A DNA stretch of 32,832 nucleotides from Vezdaea acicularis (lineage: Eukaryota): the NCBI GenBank assembly GCA_026025075.1, contig JAPEUI010000069.1, positions 62,001-94,832 of the forward strand. The letters run 5' to 3'. Positions 21,515-32,538 of this stretch are shown here, in pieces; position 1 is the stretch's first letter, and each line of letters opens with the position of its first letter. The notes under the pieces were generated by a model. The model saw only the letters and a program-made list of their open reading frames with translations, had not been told where the DNA came from and did not search any database. The position numbers were made by a program, and so were the translations under genes.

Positions 21515-24500
21515 TCAAGAGGTGCGCGGACCATTCAGTATTACATCTCCGTTGGTGACAATTCCATTTGGTAGGGCAGCGACTGTGGCTTGACCATTTG
21601 GCTGTTGTGCAGCAGATGGTACTCCAGGAGGTAGATGCGCTGGCCTGGGATCGGGACGGGTAGGATCGTAGTTGTGCCATCCCCAACTTGGATAAAGCGG
21701 AGGCCCATGAGTTACAACATCGATGCTTGCAGGCTTCGTAGGGAAAGGCTGGTTGGGAAGGTGAGTATACCGTGGGCGAATATCCTCGACATCTGAGAGT
21801 TTAATCCAGAATTTCGGCTGCATCGCATAATATTTCGGAAGGGTCTCTTCATATCGTAGGCTTTGTTCAGTCGGAAGCATCAACAACTTGTGAGCAAGCT
21901 GCCACCAGCGTGTCTCGTCATGATGAGTGAAAGGGATTCTTTGCCACGCAGTAACTAAAATCAATGCGAGTCAGTTTACGTCCAGGTAGTAGAATCAGGC
22001 CACACTCACGGTGAGGTAATGACATGTCTTCCTCCCCTAATACCGCAGCAACTTGGAAATTTGCAATCCACTTTTCATCTCGGCGATCTGGAGGACATTG
22101 AGCGTCAAAGTGATGTCGGACGGCAGCATAGAAGGGGAGAAAAGATTTTGCCCAAGCCCATGATTTTCTTTCTGCCGCCGTCTTTTCTAGAGCCATGCAG
22201 AGCTTTTGAGGAAGTGCCTGGCGTCGCACTCGTTCTGCCTCCTCCTTCTGTTTGAGCATGGCTTGTCTGACTCGTTCTTCCTGCTCTCTACGCTTTTCTT
22301 CCCGAACTCGTTGAGCTTCTTCCTCACGGCGCTTTTTCTCTATGCGTGCTTCTTCGGCTTCTTTAGCTAGACGAATGCGCTCAGCCTCTTCCGCCCGGCG
22401 TTTCTCTTCAGCTGCTATTTCCCTTTCTCGTTCAATGTGAGCGTTCCGCTCAGCTGTCTCTTGAGCGATTCTTGCCTCATATCTGGCTTTCTCCTGCTCA
22501 GCCTTCTCTCGTTGCTCCTTCTCTGCCATAGCCTTTGCAGCTTCCACCTCTGCTTGCTCCCGCTTCAGCTGATCATCGTGCTCGGCTTTTAGTTGTTTCT
22601 GTAGATTATTATCTTCTGCTAAAGTCGAAGATGTGCGATGTTTCTTCTTCAGTTGTGCATCTGATTCTTTGGCAACACCGTGGGGTCTGATCGGTGTAGT
22701 TTCATTGGTCCGAGAAGTGCTCTTTTGTTTCAATTTGCCATCGGGGTCGTGACCTGGTGCACTCATCTTCCAAGGTTGATTTTCCATTTCTGACGATGAT
22801 CGAGATAATCGTGGCTTCACTGATTTATCCTTGACCCGTTCGCCTTTGCTTGTAGAGAGGGTCTTATCGGTGACCTTTGAGACTTCGGGATCCAAGCGCC
22901 TGCGCTTTTTACTATCGCTAGGCTTTGGATTCGACGGTCTAGGACTGGTACTTTCTCTAGTTCGCTTGCTAGCCACCTCGTCCTTTACAGTCGCAGAGCG
23001 GTCTTTAGAACTTCTCCTTTTCTTAAGCTTTGAGGTATCTGAGGATTTGGAAATAGTAGGATCTGAAGCTGTGCCACCTTGTTTCGACTCAAGCAAGGAT
23101 CGATTTGCCTTGGATTCTTCAGTCAGCGACACAGATTCTCGCTTTAACACTTTATTCTTGAGCCTATGCTTTTCATCTTTACTTTCCCCATCTGACCCTG
23201 ACAGTGAAGAGGGCCGTCGGACGGTATCGTGATCGTTTCTCATGACTTTTCCGGAGACCAACTTCCTTCTCGGCTTTGTTTTATCAGCTGTTACGTCTGA
23301 CTGAGTTCTTGTCTTCTTGCTCTCTGGTCGTTCTATATTCGGCAACTCTTTATCAGATACAGCGACAGACGGTTCTCGCGATCCTTGTGAGTGCGACTGT
23401 AGTTTGGAGTAACCATTGCGAATGCCTCCGTCCTTGCTAGACGAATGACCGTCCTTCGGATGACGCTTCTCTTTTGATCGATGCTCAAGCTTAGGTGAAC
23501 TTGCTCCACTCGACGGTGTCTTATGAGTCCGTACTTCCTTCTTCTGTGACGGAGAGGACGGATCGGCACGTGCAGAACGCTTCGCATCTCGATCCTTCTC
23601 ACGGCTATTTCGGACAGACTCTGGCGAGCTTCCCTTAGGCCCGTTATTTGATCGAGCTTTACGCTTCCCACCATAGTTATCGTACGATGCCTTGAGTATC
23701 TTATACTCATCTTCCCAATTTTGACCTTGCCGTTGTTTTGCTATTTCGTAGTAAGTCCGTCCGTGCTTATCTGTTCGAGTGGGATCAAAGTTGGCCTGCT
23801 GGAGAAGTAGACGGATTATCTCTACGCTACCCTTACCCTTCCCGATGACCACAAGCATAGGAGTGATATCACCGGACTTTCTGGGATCAGGGTCTGCGTC
23901 AGTGCCGCCCAACGCCAAGACTATCTGCATGACTTCCTCATGGCCACCTTTCGCAGCTGCAATCAAAGTATCTGCATTGGCCGCACGAGGATTCATATTG
24001 AGGATGTGTGACACGCCATGCAAGTCACCTCTCGAAGCCCGATCGTTGATCTCTTTCTTTGGATCCACCCATAGCAGGTCATTTGGCGTAGTCTCACCCC
24101 TCGCATTCCTTCGTCGCGTCCCTTGCCCAAACAATGGTGGACTGCGTGAGGGGAGCGTTGTTGGAGAGTTGCGGGGACTAGCTGCTGAAGCTCCGCGGGA
24201 AGACTGGCCGTTTTCTTTCGTTGAAATGCTAGGGTTCCCACTTTGATCTTCTGAGTGTCGCCGACGTTCGGTATCCCGCTTCATCGCTTCCCTAAGAGCA
24301 TCCCGTATTTCGGTGTACATTTCTTTATCGGGATCTAGCAAGTCAAGGGGCTCTTCGCCTTTTGCATTACTTTGCCTCGGATCAGCACCAGCCTTGAGCA
24401 GCAGGTTTACGACTTCAAGGTGACCGTTCTCGACGGCATCTGTGAGTGGGGTATCTTTGTCATTGTTTTTGCAGTGCACGTCGGCGCCTGCTTGGATAAG

Positions 24501-25703
24501 TAATTCGACGATTTCTGGAAATCCTTCCAAGGCAGCAAGCTGCAGTGGAGTGTTTCCAGCGTGGTCCGGAACATCTATGTCCTGTGGCCTTTCCGTCAAG
24601 CAAGTCTGAGCAGTCTCTATATCATTTTTCGCACAGGCCCTTGCCAGAAATGTCCTTCCAATCTGGTCACGCAATTTTCGATGTACAGGCATCTTTGCAG
24701 GCGATAGTGTGGACACGTCACCACTGTATGCTTTTTTCAGGTGTGCTGAAGGACGAGGTGAACCATTTGTTGAAGATGAGTCGGATTGGACATCGTCTGA
24801 TATTTTGGCTTCTCGAATAGATACAGGTGGTGGTGGTAATTTACGTTTTTTAGGAATGCTTCCGTTAGATAAGTGGGGTGTTGATTGTGATGATACAGCT
24901 CTTCGGTGGGAGCGTATCCTGGGTGATATTGATCGTTCTTCCGACCCACGATGATCGTGTTTCCCCGGCGACCCCGATCGAACAGTTGCGCTGCGCGTCT
25001 CGCGACGCTCTTTGAAGCCAGGAACTTCTGCGCCAGAAACCTTTCTAGAATCGACATGACTGCCATCGTCTTCAGAATCGCTCTCACCAAGCTTGCGCTT
25101 ACGCGACTTTGGGGGGGCTCGAGGTCTGCCTTTCGACGAAGGATGTGGTGGTGATGACCGAGAATCATCACTTTCAGACGCTGCTCTCCTAGAGGAATGG
25201 GTTTTGGTCGCTGGAGAGGTTGGAACCGAACTGAGTCCGCTGGAGTTGCCCGCCTCATGATTCGCACCATCCTTCTTTCCTTCCTTTGCAACACGTTTCC
25301 TCTTTACGGTCAACAAGTCACTCGGCTCATTCTCAGCCACTGCGATATCTTCAACAGCTATCCCCGGAGCGTCCTTCATTTCTACATCTTCGCGTGTTCT
25401 GTTACCAGTCTCGCTCTGATCTTCATGCTTGATCACCCTCTTCGCTTTCTTAGTCGCGTCTCCATCCTTTCCATCCAGGACTATAGTTTCGGCCTCGGAG
25501 TCGCTTCCCTTCTCCTCAAAGCCTCCATCACCGCTTCCAAGTCTTGTGCTGTCGCCATTTGGAATGGCTACAGGCGGTGAAGATCTGATGTTCGCGAAGG
25601 GCGCACCCAGGACCACTTCACCATCAATATTTTCTTCCTGCAGTGTCTCGAGAGCGCCAGCAGGCTTCGTGGACGAAGTTGCGGCTTTCGGACTAAGACT
25701 CAT
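21515..25703 (-). CDS. Large ankyrin-repeat nuclear protein, Hos4-like (Set3 deacetylase complex subunit), 2 exons (25703-22010, 21954-21515), 1377 aa
   Basis: Ankyrin repeats (GRTFLARACAKND, GNTPLQLAALEG, KDTPLTDAVENG, GEEPLDL) plus a second degenerate set, K/R/S-rich disordered regions, E/R-rich coiled coil; 55-nt intron 21955-22009 (GTGAGT..CTGAC..TAG) joins the two ORFs in frame. Hos4 assignment is from architecture only. Confidence 0.85.
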
Positions 25704-26521
25704 TACGAAGGAGATCGATGCTCCGTGTCTTCGTGCTTCATGCTGGGCCTGCGTGGCGAGCGTAATCAAGAACGATTAGTGAATCACCACGAAAGACTCT
25801 ACCGAGTCGGTGTCTCTTGCGAAGCCTATCCAGCAGGCGGAACCGCAGTCGCGCGGTCGGTCGCTAAAGGTTTGGAATCGTCTGAAGGATCGTAGGTACG
25901 GATTTACGTGTTTCAGGGCAAAATAAAAGTTCAGATTGGGGGAAGGTGAAGGGCTTGAGATAGGACGTTAGAGTTGAGGGCGTGATTGATTAGAGACTTT
26001 GAAGAGAGAGAAGTGGCAGTGGAGTAGCGACTTGGTGCGACTCTGCTCGGCGGCACAGATCCACGGCGTAAGAGACTCGAGCGAAGAGCTGATTGGCCGC
26101 TAAGGGAATTACCTGGCGATCAGCTAGGCACGCTGGGGGGTCGCTGTTCCAATTCGCGACCGCCCTGCCCTAGCGCGCAACAAACCGCATCCTTCCTGGA
26201 AGCTATCTAGAAACCTACGTACCTTTTAATGACGATCATATCAGCAGATAATGGGACGTTAGGTCAAAGCTGCTGTCCACGTCGGAACTCCTTGATTGCA
26301 TCTTCAGGTGGTCAATTTCGTCGATATCTTGAGCAACACGTCTCTAGCTTAGGGTGATAGGTCCGGTACACAAGGTCCCTATTAACTAAGCTCCTCTATG
26401 TCCTTGTACTCATGAGACTTTGTCGCTTGACACCAAGTATACTTTATCAGATACAGTATATGCTAGTCCAATAATCAACTTTAGACCTTAGAAAATTGGA
26501 TTTCCTGGTTTTTATCCTGGA

Positions 26522-27643
26522 ATGGACTTCCTGGCGTCTTTTCGGCGGCTGGACGTTGAACTTGATCGAGTTCTCCAGGGTATATTTTTACTGGCTGCAT
26601 CAGGGGTGCGAAGAGCGTGGGCTCGATTTCTCTTGGCCTGTTTACTGATAGAAGCTATAGATTGTCCTTGTCGATGCTATACCATTGCTACGCAGGAGAC
26701 TCCTTGTCTATGGCGCGAGAGGGACACCCACAGAAGAAAAGCATTTGAAGACAGCCGACGCTCCCTCCTACTCTACCCCAATATCTGAGTCTGAGTTGTC
26801 TACGCCTACAAGCAACACACCCGCGCCATACGTTGGTTTACTTACTCAACCATTCGTGCAGCTATTAGCGTTGAATGTCCCACATTCCTGGTATACACAC
26901 TTCTACATTCTATCTGTCCTTTCGTCCATTTTTTGGGGTTGGCAGTTGTTGTCAGAGGGCCCCTTATTGCGTACAATCCTATCATATTATGAGGAAGAAG
27001 CGCGAGAGACCAAAGGCATGACAATGAACCAAATAGTACTTGTCTGGGCGCTTATGGGAGCTCAGGGCGTGAGAAGGCTCTACGAGAGTGTTGCAATATT
27101 TAAGCCCTCTGCATCCACAATGTCAATCTTTCACTACATTGGAGGCTTGGGCTTTTACGGATTGATAGGTATCGCGGTGTGGATCGAAGGTGCTTGTGAG
27201 TACACTGCATCTGATAAGAGGGAGTATGAACTAATTGCTTCCCAGCCACGCTAGCAACATACAAGCTCACATACCCCGATTTGATCCCTAATGCGCCTTC
27301 CCTGCGAACGATGATCTGTCTCCCTATTATTATGTTTGCTTCGGGGATCCAGCATGACTGTCACTGTTACCTTGCGTCCTTGAAAAAGTATACTCTTCCT
27401 GAGCACCCTATGTTCAACTACATAATTTCTCCTCATTACTCAGCAGAATGCCTTATATACCTCTCGCTCGCGTTGATCGCTGCTCCGCCAGGGCGCTTGA
27501 TAAATAGGACTTTATTGAGCGCTCTAGCTTTCATCGTAGCAAATCTAACCATCGCAGCACGAATGAGCAAAGAATGGTACACAAGGAAGTTTGATGAAGA
27601 AAAAGTCAAGGAAAAATGGGCAATGGTGCCTCTGATCTTTTGA
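26522..27643 (+). CDS. DFG10: Polyprenol/polyprenal reductase (SRD5A3/Dfg10; steroid 5-alpha reductase family), 3 exons (26522-26605, 26661-27195, 27246-27643), 338 aa
   Basis: LLVYGAR, VPHSWYTHFY, QGVRRLYES, MSIFHYIGG, QHDCHCYLASLKKYTLP, SPHYSAECLIY, WY..KF..KWAMVPLIF; introns 26606-26660 and 27196-27245 keep the frame. Confidence 0.9.
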
Positions 27644-27724
27644 TCGGTCCCCAGCCCGTGCAGTAGGCTAACTAGACACAATTGACCTTCGTGGTAGAGC
27701 AAGATTGCAATCAACCGAGTAAGG

Positions 27725-28611
27725 TTATGTACTTGATAATTTAAGTCTACTGCCAAGGTTTGATACACTAAGAACATCCCTAAAGGTCAGACTCGTCCTT
27801 GTTTGTCTCTCAGATCTTCCAGTGGCGAAAGCCTCTAGTGATCCTAAGAGCGACCAGTTTACGATGCACTTCGAGTCTACGTTCTCGTCCACTGTCACCT
27901 CTGCAATACCGTGGAGACAGCCTTCATAAACCTCTTCGGTAGTAATAAGGAGACTAAGTCCAGTGAGTCGATCTCCACAGAAAGGGCAACGAACAAGCCT
28001 AAAGATAGATGGAGAGGAACTTGCCTTCGCGGCTCCTGTAAGATTCTCCAACTGACGACGGGCTCCTTCTTACCTTCCGCATCCTTCCTAGAAACGTCTA
28101 AGATGATGCTAGATCTAAGACTCACTGTAGCGACTATTGGATAATAAGCCGACCCATCCTCGTGCGGCATGATTCCTTGTCCTGGTTGATACTCATTGAT
28201 AAGAACGTGGTTGGGCTTCCTGTGTGGAGAGTTGCTGAATATATTGCTTTTCGAGTCATGTGCAAATGGTATGGAGCACAGTCGTGGGATCACAGGATCA
28301 GAAAGCCAGGCTGGAAGAGGAGCACCTAGTAGCTTATTCTTCGCCGAGAGAGCTGATGGATGCGCTTGCAAGCGCCTATGACTGAGAGATGTCCATCTTG
28401 CCGTGGGACTATTGATCTATTAATAGTGAAATAATCTTAGATATATTATGCCAATAAACAGAACACATGTGATATTATTTACTTGAGAGAGAATATATTT
28501 TTCTTCGGCTTCTGTGATGAAATTTGGGATATAGTATACGCTAGGTGGTAGTCCTATCACACGCGCAAGTTCTAAATTCTCTGGGGTGGCGCATGCGTAG
28601 TTCTCCGCCAT
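27725..28611 (-). CDS. AlkB-family Fe(II)/2-oxoglutarate dioxygenase, ALKBH6-like, 3 exons (28611-28483, 28416-28025, 27953-27725), 249 aa
   Basis: YYIPNFITEAEE, RWTSLSHRRLQ, NHVLINEYQPGQGIMPHEDG (HxD), LQEPRSLLIT, distal His (CLHGI), RTSLTFR; intron 28417-28482 is GT-AG, intron 27954-28024 is GC-AG. Confidence 0.92.
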
Positions 28612-28819
28612 TGCTTTAGAACAAGTTGTTTCTTTAAAAAGTTACTGTGGCTGTTTGGGAAGTGACGAGTCAGTAAAGCAACTTCCCTCCTCGCTAGGCC
28701 CCACTATAGATTTTCGGACCAGACCTTTGATCCCATTCTCACATAGCGATAGTCGTCTCGAGTTATTCGGTCGAAATTAGAAAGCCACAAATTCAACAGC
28801 TGGATATTGTATAATCATC
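28612..28819. promoter_or_regulatory. Short divergent (bidirectional) promoter between the ALKBH6-like gene and RBG1
   Basis: Only 208 nt between head-to-head ATGs, so both promoters and 5' UTRs must lie here. Confidence 0.6.
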
Positions 28820-30362
28820 ATGGCGACTACAGTAGACAAGGTAAGAATTACAGCTATAATCTGCTTCCTTCAATGTTATGCCGTGCTCTAACTGATGCGC
28901 CACAGATCAAGGACATCGAGGCCGAGGTAAAATACTCAGTAAAGGCGCCAAATAGATACATACTGAAACTTTCAAAAGATGGCTAAGACGCAAAAAAATA
29001 AGGCAACGTCGTTTCATTTGGGTATATACTGCCATTAATGCAATTCGCAGTGACCTTACTGAGCATATGTGGTAGGGCAACTGAAGGCGAAGCTTGCAAA
29101 GCTGAAACGGGAGCTTTTGACACCTCAATCCAGCGGGGGCGGCGGCGGTGATGGGTTCGATGTAGCTAGAACTGGCGTTGCAAGTGTGTATGTTGGCACA
29201 TTCAGTCACTCTTCCAAATTCAGCTGACAAACTCCATGTAGTGGCTTCATAGGCTTTCCCTCCGTAGGAAAGAGTACCTTGATGAGCCGACTTACGGGAC
29301 AACATTCGGAAGGTAAGCCTCCAGTTTGAAACGTTGTCAGTAGCTAGATATCTAACATTTCAATAGTTGCGGCGTATGAGTTCACGACGGTACAGTATAT
29401 TGGCTCAAGGCAAGGCACAGGCCGCTAACTATGAGTCCTAGCTCACGACAGTACCCGGTCAGGTCGTCTATAACGGCGCGAAGATACAAATGCTTGATTT
29501 ACCTGGTATCATCCAGGGAGCTAAGGATGGTAAAGGCCGAGGACGTCAGGTCATTGCTGTCGCCAAGACATGTCATCTTATCTTCATTGTACTCGACGTC
29601 AATAAGCCATTGACAGACAAAAGATTGATCGAAGCCGAGCTCGAGGGGTTTGGGATTCGAGTCAATAAAGAGCCTCCCAATATTGTCTTCAAGAAGAAGG
29701 ATAAAGGAGGCATCAACATCACAAGCACAGTCCCCTTGAGCAATATCGACCACGACGAGATCCGAGCTGTTATGGGCGAGTACCGAATCTCATCCGCGGA
29801 CATAGCCATCCGATGCGATGCCACAATTGACGACTTGATTGACATACTCGAGGCCAAGTCGAGAAGATACATTCCTGTGATATATGCCCTCAATAAGATT
29901 GACTCCATCTCGATCGAAGAGCTCGATCTGCTCTACCGGATTCCCAATGCATGTCCCATCAGCTCGGAGCATGGATGGAATGTCGATGAGCTGATGGAGT
30001 TAATGTGGGAGAGGCTGAACCTGCGCCGAGTATACACAAAGCCAAAAGGGAAGTCACCCGACTATTCGCAGCCAGTGGTATTAAGATCCACCAACTGCAC
30101 TGTAGAAGATTTTGTAAGGACGAGCATCCCCATTCTACTTTGACTTCTTCTCACAATAATGGCAGTGCAACGCTATCCACAAGACCATTGTGGAGCAGTT
30201 CAAACACGCAATCGTGTATGGGCAGTCCGTTAAACATCAACCTCAGCGCGTGGGATTGACACATGAGCTCGCCGATGAAGATATCAGTGAGTGGAGAGCC
30301 CCATCCCCGGTCCCTTTGGAATCCTGCTGAACGGCACCATAGTCACTATCATCAAGCGATGA
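28820..30362 (+). CDS. RBG1: Developmentally regulated GTP-binding protein 1 (DRG1/Rbg1, OBG family), 9 exons (28820-28840, 28906-28926, 28979-29021, 29076-29187, 29242-29312, 29367-29389, 29442-30113, 30166-30286, 30343-30362), 367 aa
   Basis: Spliced product [44 protein letters not shown]1 [10 protein letters not shown]2 YEFTTLT, G3 DLPGII, G4 NKID, C-terminal TGS domain ([26 protein letters not shown]); all eight introns GT-AG, 52-65 nt. Confidence 0.96.
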
Positions 30363-32150
30363 ACTCAACTGAGGAGTTTGTCGGCTCTTTTTCCGCAGAG
30401 CATGATGGTGGTTTTGGGCTCGGTCTCGACAGGTTTCCAACAAGACCCTCTGCTTTGCGGTATGGAGAGATGGCTTGGCCCCGTGGCCACTTGGATGAAT
30501 CCTGCCTCAGCGGCCACGGTGTGCTCGAGCCTCGAAGGGTACGTTCCTACCGCTGCGATCGGTCTCTGAAACAATCCTAACTGTCTATGTATAGCTCACG
30601 GGGACGGCAGAATCTTCTGTCTGCTGGAAGCTTAGGCTCGTCGGTGACCTTATTTCTTGAAGAACGTTTGGAAGGGAAGTTGAAGTCGATTGTTGCCACA
30701 CCGTTTGTACCGCAGTCTGGATGGGGTCAAAGCAATGCGGATCCTTCATGGAAAATTGGGCTTGCGGTAAAAAAAAACGGGAAGAAAGAAAGAAAGAAAG
30801 GAGAATTGCCCAATCGAGAGCGGTCCGTTGTCTGATGCGACCGATCGTGCCCGCGTCGAGTGAAGCTCTTCCCCAGATCACGCTAATTATCGCGCATCGA
30901 TGCAGATCTCCAACCATGCGCCTGGATATCGATGATGCCGCAACGAGAGGTGCTTCCCGCGACCTCTACCAACCAGAGACCCGAAGCCATGAGATGACCA
31001 AAACGATGCCTCATGCACGCTTCGATGTATGCCGCGGAATGACGCCCTCGCGAGTCGGCTCGAACAGCGCCCCAACCTTCCGTCCGAGCATTCTGCTGAG
31101 ATCCACAGACGACGCTTTAGGAAGGGTCGCATCGAGCAGGTGCAACGTTGGCGTGGATTGCAGCCCCCGTCCCAAAGTGCCTCCCAGATGCTGCCGTCAG
31201 CCACGCGGTGCACCGGGCATTTTGCTCCGTTTGACGCTTGACCGCGTCGGGCGATGGGTGGAGAAATGTCGCAGCCTTGTTCATCCTCCGCCAGTCGTCT
31301 ATTTGGTTCGACCCTTCGATGCTGTGTACGAAAGGGCCAGCCTTTCCCCAACCTTTAATCATGTATCACACGTGATTAATGTAAAATACCTGCGCGGAAA
31401 ATCAGGACGACTGCGTGGCCAAGTCCCATTAAGAGAAAACGAGCGTTTCACGGCCAGGGAGTGCTGTCGTTGTACGACCCGGAATCGTCCGCCGCCATCC
31501 AGCTCCGGAGCTCGTCGACCTCAGGCGTCGCCCCTCTGCACGGATTGCCGTGCGAGGAATCGTGCATGGAAACGTGCATCGCGTACCTTTCGACAGCAGC
31601 GCTTGTTCCCACCGGGGGCATTTGTTGAGGCGGTCGGATCGGCAGGCGGACGCTCGCGAGATTTTGTCGCATATAAAATCCCAGGATCTGGCCGTCGACG
31701 ATGGGACAGACGAACTGGTCACGGCGGCCACGCATGGACGACGATGAGGTGCGTGGGCGGGCATTTGGGAGGGAGATCCCCGTCGGACGGCATCGAGGAG
31801 AGAGAGAGGGAGTGAGGATCTTGGAAGTGGGCACTGGTGGATCTGCCCTCTCCTCCGCGCTGCTCTGGGCCCCCTCTGTCCGCGTGAGGGCCGTCCTCCC
31901 CGCGAGCGTAGGGAGGAGGTGAGGGGAGGGCGGAAAAAAAAAAGCACTAAGATAATCGCCTCGGATTCCCATTTGCTCTCGTCGCGTTTGGGGGGAGTCG
32001 GGGCAGTTTCTGGGCGGGGCAGCCAGCATTTTCCATCGAAAAAGCTGGGCCGATTTCGCGGGCTCGGCCAATGGGCGTCGAGGGCCGGGTCATGATTTCC
32101 CTCGGCCCTTCCGCGCTTCGATCACGCCAACGGCCTTGTCCGCGGCCGCC

Positions 32151-32187
32151 CGCCGTCACCGTCGCCGTCGCCGTCGCCGTTGCCGTC
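32151..32187 (+). repeat. Imperfect hexamer microsatellite (CGCCGT)6
   Basis: cgccgt caccgt cgccgt cgccgt cgccgt tgccgt read directly. Confidence 0.85.
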
Positions 32188-32472
32188 TTGGAAGGACCCT
32201 CTGTTCCTGCTCTTCCCAGACCATCTTTTCTCCTCCCTTCCGCGGACTTTTCTCCTCGCCTCCAGCCATTTGGACCGCCCCTCCGAGCCCACCAGCGATG
32301 ACGGGGCCCGCTCGAAACGGAGAAAGTCAATTCGGGGGGAGGGGAGGGGGAGAGGGAGAAAGGGGGGTGGATGGCTAGGCGCGACGGAGCCAAGCGGCGA
32401 CGGGCGCTGGAGGGGAGAGACTAGCGAGCATCTGGACGACGGAGGCGGAACAGCGCGACTTCGGTCAGGCAT

Positions 32473-32487
32473 CAGACCAGACCAGAC
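32473..32487 (+). repeat. Short tandem repeat (CAGAC)3
   Basis: cagac cagac cagac read directly. Confidence 0.7.
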
Positions 32488-32505
32488 AGCGGCGACGGAC
32501 CAGTG

Positions 32506-32538
32506 ACTCTCCTCCACTCTCCTCCACTCTCCTCCACT
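32506..32538 (+). repeat. 10-nt tandem repeat (ACTCTCCTCC)3.3
   Basis: Three exact copies plus ACT read directly. Confidence 0.9.

Noticed and set aside
25749..26112. Possible 5' UTR intron or riboswitch for the Hos4-like gene (CAG|GTAATT .. CTAAT .. CAG on the minus strand)
   Set aside because: 364 nt is far longer than other introns here, it spans a CT-rich tract that looks like the core promoter, and no TPP aptamer motifs are visible.
16062..30362. Functional gene cluster (chromatin, splicing and translation genes together)
   Set aside because: Unrelated housekeeping genes in mixed orientation, as expected in a compact fungal genome; no biosynthetic core enzyme or shared pathway.
31305..31314. 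GGTTCGACCC as a tRNA T-loop / B-box
   Set aside because: No A-box, acceptor stem or cloverleaf around it.
32506..32538. Tandem repeats as a CRISPR array, telomere or transposon end
   Set aside because: No spacers, not TTAGGG, no terminal inverted repeat or transposase sequence nearby; the genome is eukaryotic.
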